Of a stretch of 64,000 nt of DNA, positions 1-8,127 are shown piece after piece. This stretch comes from a virus. Its lineage: Duplodnaviria > Caudoviricetes. The notes under the pieces were generated by a model that was given only the letters and a program-made list of their open reading frames with translations, searched no databases and was not told where the DNA came from. Position numbers and translations under genes: made by a program. The stretch lies in IMG/VR virus record IMGVR_UViG_2634166353_000002, positions 817-64,816 of that record; one strand, 5' to 3'. The number at the start of each line of letters is the position of its first letter. Position 1 is the first letter of the stretch.

Positions 1-74
1 GGTCGAAGGCGCACGCCTGGAAAGCGTGTAGGCGGGAAACCGTCTCCAGGGTTCGAATCCCTGTCTCTCCGCCA
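1..74 (+). tRNA. tRNA-Ser(GGA), 5' end cut by the window edge; integration target
   Basis: Anticodon arm CACGC-CTGGAAA-GCGTG, long variable arm, T arm GGTTCGAATCC, ends in CCA at 74. Confidence 0.95.
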
Positions 75-80
75 CCCACA

Positions 81-93
81 TAACCCATTGATA
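81..93 (-). promoter_or_regulatory. IHF-box-like site next to attL
   Basis: Reverse complement TATCAATGGGTTA matches the IHF consensus WATCAANNNNTTR. Confidence 0.55.
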
Positions 94-240
94 TTGAATG
101 GAATTATATCGGAATTCCTCTGGGATTTTCCGTGCCTTGCGCGTCGATGAGCAGTGCGGAGACGCCATTCAGAGACGCGTGTGGCGGAGTTTCGGCGTTG
201 TGTCTCTGCGGCCAGCATCATGGGTGTCGGTTTTGGCCGT

Positions 241-384
241 GGATTTCCCTGCTAGCAGGGAAATTGCAGGGAATTTTTCTGATATGCGTGCCTGCACGTG
301 CTGATCAGTGCTAATTTCTCAGTTGTTTCAATGGCCTGAAGGGCAATTCCCTGCACCGCGCAGCAGGGAATTTGCAGGGAATTC
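241..384. repeat. Two copies of TTCCCTGC..GCAGGGAA(A/T)TTGCAGGGAATT; possible recombinase arm sites
   Basis: Copies at about 245-275 and 347-383, each with an inverted plus a direct GCAGGGAA unit. Confidence 0.7.
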
Positions 385-441
385 TGAGATCACGCAGTGA
401 TGTGGATTTGAGTTTCCTTCACCGGATGAACGAGAAAGTCC

Positions 442-2100
442 TCAGACCCCGTACACCTTCTCCTGCTGATCCCAATCCAGAGACACGGGTGCAGCGAGGA
501 TACGCTTGAGAGTAACGTTTGACGGCAAGGTACCGTCTCGGATCGCCGCCTGAATTTTTGGCGAGAGAAACGCGAGTTGCCCGCGCGTCCTGATGTAGGG
601 ATCGTGATGTCCGGCGTTGCGGGCAATGGTGGCGAGGGGAACGCCGTCGCGCAAACTGGCGACCCAGCGATGGGCATCACGAAGCGTCCGGAGTAAAATG
701 GGATCAGGGGTCGGTTCAGGGGTGCCAAGAACGAGCCTCGCCTCGACGCCGCGGCGGCGCAGGACAACTGACGCGGAGAGCTGGTGGAGATCAGATGCCA
801 TCTCGTCTGAGGCAACGCCGAGTTGGCTGGCGAGGTGCTCACAATCAAGCGTCAGCTGGATCCGCTGCGGGGCGATCGTGCCACTGACGATCAGCTGGCA
901 CATGATCGCGGCATCTTTGCGGCGCAGAGCTTGCACAAGCTGGCGTGCATCGGTGAGCAAATTGTCGCCCGCCCGGAGATCTGGCTGTCCCAGTACATGA
1001 TGATCGCGGGCCGCACGCTCAAGATGGTCGGCGATGAGGGCACAGACCGCCGCTTCCAATCGTGGCCCCGAAAGCCGCCAGCCGGTGGGGTCGGTCCCGC
1101 CTGAGATCAGGCGGTTGGAGATATAGTAGTGATGACGCCGCCCGGATTTGACGCTGTGGGTTGGGGTCAGTCGGTCGCCTGTCTCGTCCCGCAGTTTGCC
1201 GGTAAGCGGGGCCGGCGTTGATCCTGCGGCCGCGCCGCGTCGGCGCATGGCGGTTTTTTGCAGCTTCTGCTGGACGCGGGCCCAGAGAGCCGCGTTGATG
1301 ATGGCCTCGTGCCGTCCTGGCCAGAGCTGATCCTTGTGCCGGATTTTACCAAGATAGACTGGGTTCACGAGGATGTGGTGAATCTGGCCGCGCGACAGTG
1401 CGCCGCCGCCCTGGGTTCGTCCGGAAGCGAAGCACCTGAGCTTCGAGCGCAGCTCCAACCGGTCGGCCTCTTGGGTCGTGGTTCGAAGGGACCCCAGGTC
1501 ATCGTAAAGATGAAACAACTCCCGTACCGTCTCGGCCTCCGCAAGATTGATGACAAGTTCGCGGGTGTTTGGATCGGGGTGGGGGTCATAGCCCAAGGGT
1601 GGAAGGCCGCCCATCCAGAGACCCTGCTTTTTGGAGGCGGCGATCTTGTCGCGGATGCGTTCGGCGGTGACCTCCCGCTCGAACTGGGCGAAAGAAAGAA
1701 GCACGTTGAGGGTGAGCCGTCCCATGGAAGAGGCGGTGTTGAAGGCCTGGGTGACAGAGACAAAGGAGCACCCCGCAGCATCAAGGCGGTCGACAAGCTT
1801 GGCGAAGTCAGTCAGCGATCGGGTGAGGCGATCGATCTTGTAGACCACGACCATGCCGATACGGCCAGCGTCGATCTCGGCGAGCAAGCGTTGAAGCGCG
1901 GGACGCTCAAGCGTACCACCGGAAACGCCACCATCATCGAAGCGGTCTCGCACCAGCCCCCAACCCTCATGTTTCTGGCTGGCGATATATGCAGTGCAGG
2001 CCTCATATTGCGCGTCGAGCGAGTTGAAGCCCTGGTCCAGTCCTTCCTCAGAAGATTTGCGGGTGTAGATCGCGCAACGGGTTTTCTTCTGGGTCGCCAT
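442..2100 (-). CDS. Large serine recombinase (resolvase + recombinase domains) with fused C-terminal accessory domain
   Basis: CAIYTRKSSEEGL catalytic motif, VVYKIDRLTRS, FAQFEREVTAERIRDK; likely start MATQKK at 2100, abutting the DUF2924 stop. Confidence 0.92.
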   Translation of the reverse strand: MATQKKTRCAIYTRKSSEEGLDQGFNSLDAQYEACTAYIASQKHEGWGLVRDRFDDGGVSGGTLERPALQRLLAEIDAGRIGMVVVYKIDRLTRSLTDFAKLVDRLDAAGCSFVSVTQAFNTASSMGRLTLNVLLSFAQFEREVTAERIRDKIAASKKQGLWMGGLPPLGYDPHPDPNTRELVINLAEAETVRELFHLYDDLGSLRTTTQEADRLELRSKLRCFASGRTQGGGALSRGQIHHILVNPVYLGKIRHKDQLWPGRHEAIINAALWARVQQKLQKTAMRRRGAAAGSTPAPLTGKLRDETGDRLTPTHSVKSGRRHHYYISNRLISGGTDPTGWRLSGPRLEAAVCALIADHLERAARDHHVLGQPDLRAGDNLLTDARQLVQALRRKDAAIMCQLIVSGTIAPQRIQLTLDCEHLASQLGVASDEMASDLHQLSASVVLRRRGVEARLVLGTPEPTPDPILLRTLRDAHRWVASLRDGVPLATIARNAGHHDPYIRTRGQLAFLSPKIQAAIRDGTLPSNVTLKRILAAPVSLDWDQQEKVYGV

Positions 2101-2507
2101 CAGCGCGTTTCCTTCAGACCGAAGAAGCGAGGCCCGGACCAGCGGGCGCCGGTGATCGCCCGTGCGACGGAGGACAGCGAAGGATAAACCTCTTGGTTCC
2201 ATCGATATCCAGCTTCCGTGATCTCCACGATGTGGGTCTTGCCGTTCCATTCTCGCAGGAGGCGGTCGCCGGGCTTGAGTTTCGGTGAACTGTTTACCTG
2301 CGCTCCCGCCGTTCTCTTTTGGAGATCCGCCACAAAGCCGCGAAGCAGCCCGCCGCGTTGGCGGGACTGGACCTCAAAAGCGACGAAGCGACGCAAGAAG
2401 GATCGGCTCAGGTTTTTTGGTACGGGTGTTCCGAAGAGATGGTCCCAGGCGGCGATGAGCGCCGCCCGGTCCATGGTCTCGATCTCTGCGACGGTTGGAA
2501 GCTTCAT
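2100..2507 (-). CDS. DUF2924 family protein
   Basis: PGDRLLREWNGKTHIV..YRWNQEVYPSLSSVARAITGARWSGPRFFGL; typical position upstream of a serine recombinase. Confidence 0.88.
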   Translation of the reverse strand: MKLPTVAEIETMDRAALIAAWDHLFGTPVPKNLSRSFLRRFVAFEVQSRQRGGLLRGFVADLQKRTAGAQVNSSPKLKPGDRLLREWNGKTHIVEITEAGYRWNQEVYPSLSSVARAITGARWSGPRFFGLKETR

Positions 2508-2746
2508 GCGGCTTCCGGGGTGGCTGTGATCCGGTAGACGGGCGGCGACCCGACCTTCTTTTTCGGCATCCGGTCGATCTTGTACCCGGCCTTGCGCAAG
2601 GTGCTGAGTGCTGCCCGCACGGAGTGGGCCTGCCAGCCGGTCGCCTCCTGCAGGGCGGTGATATCTGCGCCGGATTTGCGCGCCAGAAGCCTGCGGACGA
2701 GTGCCGCCTTGGTCTCGCGATTGGGGATGTCATTGGCTTTGGTCAT
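2504..2746 (-). CDS. DUF3489 family small DNA-binding-like protein
   Basis: GADITALQEATGWQAHSVRAALS motif. Confidence 0.82.
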   Translation of the reverse strand: MTKANDIPNRETKAALVRRLLARKSGADITALQEATGWQAHSVRAALSTLRKAGYKIDRMPKKKVGSPPVYRITATPEAA

Positions 2747-3093
2747 GATTGCCTCCTCGGATGTATCGGGCCTGGCGACGTGCCGGTCCTACCGAGATGC
2801 GCCCGGACTGCGAACCGGGCGTGTTTCCAATGACACTCTGTTCGCAGGCGAAGTCCAGTCCTCTTTGGCGCCGAGCTGTCCCCCGTCTAACCGTTTGTCA
2901 ACCATGGAAAAAACATCTTGAACGCCGCGGCAAACGTCGTTAACTTTTTTGATATCCCGTCGCGGCAGGAGGCCTCGACCAACGATCATGCAACCCACTT
3001 TGGGTGCAGAATGAATCGTCTGGTTGTCCCTGCTGCTTCGACTTCTTCCAGCTTCATTCTTGCATCCCAAGGTCAACCCGAAGGATGCGACAC

Positions 3094-4632
3094 ATGAGCA
3101 AGCCATCTGATCTCAAATCTCAAAAAGACATTATGGTTGAGCCGCAGCCAGGCTGCGAAACGCCGTCGACCACGACAGAGTCTGGCAAGATCGCTGCCGA
3201 CAGGACAACACTTCACGGCCAGAACGACCTGTTTCGCGAACTTGCGTTTCTCTGGCTCGCGGTCAATCTCATCGACGCGGCCCCACGCCGGGTCCGGCGC
3301 GCGCTGAAAAGTCAGGAAGAGGGTGTTATCCGGGCTATTGAGCGCTTCGGCTTCCGCATTCCGATTCTGGTGCGCAGCAAACCTGGGGGTGAGCGCTACG
3401 AGGTCATCGATGGGCATATGCGGCTCGCGGCCGCTCAACGACTCGGCGCGGACCAAGTGCCCTGCATTCTGGTCGATGATCTCCCCGATGTCGAAATCCG
3501 CCGGCTGGCGCTTTCCTTGAACAAGCTTCAGGAGACCGGCGCCTGGGATGATGATGCGCTCAGGATGGAGATCAGCGAGATCATCGAAATCGGGGAAACC
3601 ATCGAGATCCCCGGATTCGCCATGCCCGAGATCGAGGCCATTCAATTTGCGCCCGCAGAAGGTGCGGAGGCTGATCCTGCGGATGATATCTCGGCGGAAA
3701 TGTCCGACACAGAAAGCACTGCCGTGACCAGGCGCGATGATGTCTGGATTTTGGGACATCATGTGATCGTCTGTGGGACCGCGCGTAATGGCGACGCGCT
3801 CACTGCGGCGCTGGAAGGTGCATCGGTCGACGCCATCTTCACCGATCCTCCCTATAATGTGCGGATCAAAGGCCACGTCCGTGGTGCGCGCTCTGGCTTT
3901 GATGAATTTGCCGAGGCCTCTGGTGAGATGTCCCGCGAGGATTTTGTGGCTTTCCTTGTGGACACAAGTGGTGCCGCCACAGCGAAGCTCAAGCCGGGTG
4001 GCGTGCTCTTTGCCTGTATGGATTGGCGGCATGTCGGCGAAATGACCGAGGCGCTGGAAGCGCTCGAGTTGGAGTTGCTCAACATTTGCGTCTGGGTCAA
4101 GACGCAACCCGGCATGGGCAGCTTGTACCGCAGCCAGCACGAATTGGTCTTTGTCGCGCGCAGGTCAGGGGCCGGGCATCGGAACAACGTGCAACTGGGC
4201 AAGCATGGGCGCAACCGCTCGAACGTCTGGACCTATGCCGGCGCGACCGGCGGTCGGGCCGACGCGGACGACGACTTCACCTTGCATCCAACGGTCAAAC
4301 CCATCCGCATGGTCATGGACGCGCTGCTCGACGTGACCGGGCCTGGCGATCTTGTTTTCGATCCCTTCCTCGGCTCCGGCACGACCCTGTTGGCCTGTGA
4401 GCGCACACGTCGGCGCTGCTTTGGAGTCGAGATCGAGCCGGCATATGTCGATCTCGCGATCCGGCGCTGGCAGGAGATGACTGGCGGCAAGGCAACTCAC
4501 GCCGAGAGCGGTGTGCCGTTCGACGAGATCGCATCTGTCCAACTTGGTGAGCGTGGCGTCGCAGGCACGCGAACCGATGCAAACCAGGAAACTGTGCAGC
4601 GCGCCAAGACGCCCGACACGGAGGACTTCTGA
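3094..4632 (+). CDS. ParB/Srx N-terminal domain fused to N6/N4 DNA methyltransferase
   Basis: VIDGHMRLAAA (ParB-like), DPPY, HPTVKP, DPFLGSGTT; start taken as ATG 3094. Confidence 0.9.
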   Translation: MSKPSDLKSQKDIMVEPQPGCETPSTTTESGKIAADRTTLHGQNDLFRELAFLWLAVNLIDAAPRRVRRALKSQEEGVIRAIERFGFRIPILVRSKPGGERYEVIDGHMRLAAAQRLGADQVPCILVDDLPDVEIRRLALSLNKLQETGAWDDDALRMEISEIIEIGETIEIPGFAMPEIEAIQFAPAEGAEADPADDISAEMSDTESTAVTRRDDVWILGHHVIVCGTARNGDALTAALEGASVDAIFTDPPYNVRIKGHVRGARSGFDEFAEASGEMSREDFVAFLVDTSGAATAKLKPGGVLFACMDWRHVGEMTEALEALELELLNICVWVKTQPGMGSLYRSQHELVFVARRSGAGHRNNVQLGKHGRNRSNVWTYAGATGGRADADDDFTLHPTVKPIRMVMDALLDVTGPGDLVFDPFLGSGTTLLACERTRRRCFGVEIEPAYVDLAIRRWQEMTGGKATHAESGVPFDEIASVQLGERGVAGTRTDANQETVQRAKTPDTEDF

Positions 4633-5099
4633 TGGCAAACGGCGAAGATCAGGACGACGACCATCAAGTCGGATACGGGAAGCCACCCAAGCAACACCGG
4701 TGGAAAAAGGGACAATCCGGCAACCCATCAGGCAAGCGAAGATGCGAGGAGCGGATAGAGGAAACGTTCAGGCGAATTGCCGAAGAAGAAATTCTCGTCA
4801 ACCACAATGGATCACAGACCGCGATGCCTCAACGTGAGGCGGTGATACGATCCGTTTTGGCCAAGGGCATGAAGGGGGATGTTCCTGCATTCAAGGCTAT
4901 CACGCCCTTCTTGGATAGGGGCGATTCATCTGGCGTTGCGTCGGCGAATCTCACCGCTGAACTTGCGGACCTCGACGTTCTCCAGACGCACGCAGACTGG
5001 GTTGGTTTGGTGGAGCGGGCTCAAAAGGAACTACAGGGTTCCACTGACACGCCAGTTAGCGAGGAGGAACAGGATGACCATCCCAACGACAACTCCTGA
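4632..5099 (+). CDS. DUF5681 protein, terminase small subunit-like
   Basis: VGYGKPPKQHRWKKGQSGNPSG motif, immediately upstream of TerL. Confidence 0.8.
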   Translation: MANGEDQDDDHQVGYGKPPKQHRWKKGQSGNPSGKRRCEERIEETFRRIAEEEILVNHNGSQTAMPQREAVIRSVLAKGMKGDVPAFKAITPFLDRGDSSGVASANLTAELADLDVLQTHADWVGLVERAQKELQGSTDTPVSEEEQDDHPNDNS

Positions 5100-6495
5100 T
5101 ATCCTGCGTGGGCTCTATTTCTCGGTCCCTTTTGCCTATGTTCAGCGCGCTTTCGCCGAACTTCGCCCTGGTGTTTCTTTCCACTATGGTCACCACGTCC
5201 GGGCCATTTGCCATATGTTGGAGAGGGTCGAGAGTGGCGAGGTGACGCGCCTGCTGATTCTGATGCCTCCGCGGCATCTGAAATCGCATTGTGTCAGCGT
5301 GGCCTTCCCGGCCTGGGCGCTTGGGCGAGACGCCTCTCGGCGGATTATCTGCATGAGTTATGGTCAGGACCTTGCGGAGACCTTCAGCCGCGACAGTCGG
5401 CGGCTGATGCAGGCTCCATGGAGCCAAGCGGTATTCCCAAGGCTCCGCCTCGACCCGAAACGTACTGCCGTTGGCGAGCTTCGTACGACCACGAACGGCT
5501 ACCGAATTGCAACGTCGGTCGGCGGTCCACTTACCGGAAAAGGGGCTGACATCCTCATTCTCGACGACCCGAGCAAAGCGGAAGACGTCGCTTCTGAGGC
5601 CAGGCGCGACATAGTCTGGGAGTGGTTCACAGGAACGGCCATGACGCGTCTTGACAACCCTCGGACGGGCGCCGTGATCGTCGTGGCGCAACGTCTCCAC
5701 GAGGATGATCTGCCTGGTCGCCTGCTTGCAACGGAGGATTGGGAGGTTCTCGAACTTCCAGCAATCGAGACCCGGGATCGGCACATTCCGTTAGCTTCGG
5801 ACGTAAACTGGGCGCGTCCCGTGGGGCATGTGCTGCTTCCTGAGCATATGGACGAGCAGGCGTTCAAGGCAAAGCGCCGAGAAATGGGGCCGCGCTCATA
5901 TGAGGCGCAATATCAGCAATCACCGTCACCAGCAGGCGGCGGCATAGTCCGCCCTGAATGGTTCGGCACCATCCCGGACACGCAACACCGGAGCGAATAC
6001 GAAGCCATCATCCAGAGTTGGGATACCGCCGCAGTCCCGGGGGAGTCCAACGATTACTCCGTTTGCACAACATGGGGCCTGATCGGGCCGTATATTGATC
6101 TGCTCGACGTCCATCGCCGACAGTACCTTCAGCCCGACCTACTCAGGATTGCCGCCGATCTCCGGGCGAAATGGCGGCCAAACCTGCTCATCGTCGAAAC
6201 CGTTGGCAGCGGACGCGGGGTCTACGACCATCTTCATCGGCAGGACCGCACCGGAATCCGCTCACACAGGCCGAAGGAGGGCAAGGACGAGCGCATGTCG
6301 ATCCAGTCTCCGAAGATCGAGTGCGGTGAAGTTCGCCTGCCGCGAAACGCGCCATGGCGGGAAAGTTTTCTCACGGAAGTCGCCGCTTTTCCCAATGGAA
6401 AGTACGATGATCAGGTCGATAGCATGTCGCAGGCGCTCTTTGCCCTGGATCGTGGTCTTGCAGAGTTAAGGCATTGTTCACGCTGCAAGAAATGA
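5074..6495 (+). CDS. Terminase large subunit (Terminase_6/6C type)
   Basis: LILMPPRHLKS Walker A-like, LILDDP Walker B, QSWDTA and DDQVDSMSQAL nuclease motifs. Confidence 0.88.
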   Translation: MTIPTTTPDILRGLYFSVPFAYVQRAFAELRPGVSFHYGHHVRAICHMLERVESGEVTRLLILMPPRHLKSHCVSVAFPAWALGRDASRRIICMSYGQDLAETFSRDSRRLMQAPWSQAVFPRLRLDPKRTAVGELRTTTNGYRIATSVGGPLTGKGADILILDDPSKAEDVASEARRDIVWEWFTGTAMTRLDNPRTGAVIVVAQRLHEDDLPGRLLATEDWEVLELPAIETRDRHIPLASDVNWARPVGHVLLPEHMDEQAFKAKRREMGPRSYEAQYQQSPSPAGGGIVRPEWFGTIPDTQHRSEYEAIIQSWDTAAVPGESNDYSVCTTWGLIGPYIDLLDVHRRQYLQPDLLRIAADLRAKWRPNLLIVETVGSGRGVYDHLHRQDRTGIRSHRPKEGKDERMSIQSPKIECGEVRLPRNAPWRESFLTEVAAFPNGKYDDQVDSMSQALFALDRGLAELRHCSRCKK

Positions 6496-6529
6496 ACGTT
6501 TGTTCGCCGTGCGAGCAGAACCGGACTTT

Positions 6530-6555
6530 GGGTGCGAATCCCGTCCCCTCCGCCA
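6530..6555 (+). repeat. Degenerate copy of tRNA-Ser 3' end (att junction between the elements)
   Basis: GGGTGCGAATCCCGTCCCCTCCGCCA versus GGGTTCGAATCCCTGTCTCTCCGCCA at 49-74; same length, identical last 8 nt. Confidence 0.7.
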
Positions 6556-6876
6556 CTTGCCCCAGCGAAAGCGTGCTCCCGATCCGGCTGCGGCCGGATT
6601 TTTCCGTTGTTTTCGAGGGTTATGCGGGTGGGGCTGAGCAGCGGCCCCGGCGCTAGACGGGCCGGAAGCGGTCTCTCAGTGCGGATATTCTCCGGACCTG
6701 ATGACTGCGCGGATTTGGTGAATAGCTTGCAAGCACCTGGCATTGCGATGTTTTTTCGAGGTTGCACTAAACACTTCGACGCCGGTGGCGCTCGGCGTGA
6801 TGGAACTGACATCGAACTTTCGCCACGCGGTGATAACCAGAAAAATGCTGCGGCTAGAGAGTGCTGACACTGGTCA

Positions 6877-8127
6877 TTAGGGAATATCAACCTGAAGTTT
6901 CCGTCGCCCGAGGTATGCTTCCATCACCTCATTTACACTCAAATACATACAGTTGATGCTCGGGAAGCCGATGGCTGGTGCCTGATCTGTGCCAACCACA
7001 GAGACTTGTGTGAATGGGCCCTCATCATGGTATCGAGCAGGAAAAACAAATCCTCCGGTGCGCACCTCTTCGCCGACTACTGATTTTAGGGCGAGATGAT
7101 AAAAGAGTTGCTTTACAATGTCGGGCCAACCGGGAGAGTTCGAAATTGCCGTCGCATCGTAGTACTTGGCGTCTAGAACTTTCAGTGTCGTGCCATCTCG
7201 TATCACGATATCAGTCTGCATACCTCGTTCTTGCACCAAGAGGTGTCCATTGGAGGCTTGTCTAAAGGCCGGTTTAGGTAGCCGTGAGTTCCACCCGCCT
7301 TCAACTCCTGGTAGGACTTCTCGCAGCATTCTCTCCCAAACTGCATGGAAGTCGTCGATACCATACAAGGTAATGCCATCATCTTGGCGGGGGTCTTCAT
7401 CAAGGTACGAGATCAGAGAGCGCGCTAGTCGGATTGCCCGTTGCGCGAACAAGCTTGGCAGCAGTGATCGCAGTTTTTGGGACCATAGAAGCCGCGGAAA
7501 GTTAGGCGAAGCATAAGCTTTAAGTTCCGCCTCTCGACCTTGCAAGCCGTCCAACCACCATCCGTGATATTCAGCAACTTCCAGAAGCACAGCGACTTGG
7601 ACGCGCGCTAGAACGCTTTCATGTGCATTCGAAGTTCGACTTGTTCTAATGTTGGGGTAGACGATGTTTCCGTTGCCCGAGACCATGGCGAGTTCACGTA
7701 CTGCGGTGCGCGGCCAGTTGGGCTTGCCGGAGTTCCTTGTGGCGTAGCGTAGCCTTTCTGCAAAGATTCCATACCTTCGAAAATCATCAGCCAAATCTTG
7801 AACTGTGGAGATCAGACCAACGTTCCCATTTTCCGCTGAAGAGAGGCCTTGTCGGTCTCGAGTATCTTGGCCGTACTTTGCTAGTACTCGCATCGTGGTT
7901 CTGGCTATGCGCTGGTTCTCGGTTGCTGAACTTCGGAGCGCCTTGCGAGGCACGAAGACATAGCTCTCTGAGGAACTTGTGCACGCTAGCCCGCAAAAAT
8001 GAACCGTATCCTTTTGAAGCGTCTTGCCTTGATCTTGGCGACGAAGTTCTGACGTCAGCTTTTGGTAGCATTCTTCAAGATAAAGAACGGCAACCCGGTC
8101 TTGAAGGACACGAGGCTCGTCAGGCAT
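6877..8127 (-). CDS. McrC-like / LlaJI-family restriction endonuclease subunit
   Basis: YGIDDFHAVWERML, TDIVI..VLDAKYY PD-(D/E)xK motif, PDIVKQLFY; ATG overlaps the McrB-like stop. Confidence 0.8.
   Translation of the reverse strand: MPDEPRVLQDRVAVLYLEECYQKLTSELRRQDQGKTLQKDTVHFCGLACTSSSESYVFVPRKALRSSATENQRIARTTMRVLAKYGQDTRDRQGLSSAENGNVGLISTVQDLADDFRRYGIFAERLRYATRNSGKPNWPRTAVRELAMVSGNGNIVYPNIRTSRTSNAHESVLARVQVAVLLEVAEYHGWWLDGLQGREAELKAYASPNFPRLLWSQKLRSLLPSLFAQRAIRLARSLISYLDEDPRQDDGITLYGIDDFHAVWERMLREVLPGVEGGWNSRLPKPAFRQASNGHLLVQERGMQTDIVIRDGTTLKVLDAKYYDATAISNSPGWPDIVKQLFYHLALKSVVGEEVRTGGFVFPARYHDEGPFTQVSVVGTDQAPAIGFPSINCMYLSVNEVMEAYLGRRKLQVDIP

Larger units (their letters stand above)
75..6555. 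mobile_element. Element 1: compact tRNA-Ser-integrated serine-recombinase element with terminase genes (satellite-like)
   Basis: Flanked by tRNA 3' end 49-74 and degenerate copy 6530-6555; contains recombinase, DUF2924, DUF3489, ParB-MTase, DUF5681, TerL. Confidence 0.7.

Noticed and set aside
6494-6505. GAAC-N4-GTTC palindrome as an SOS box
   Set aside because: That is the Firmicute-type LexA box, not the alphaproteobacterial one, and it overlaps a stop codon rather than a promoter
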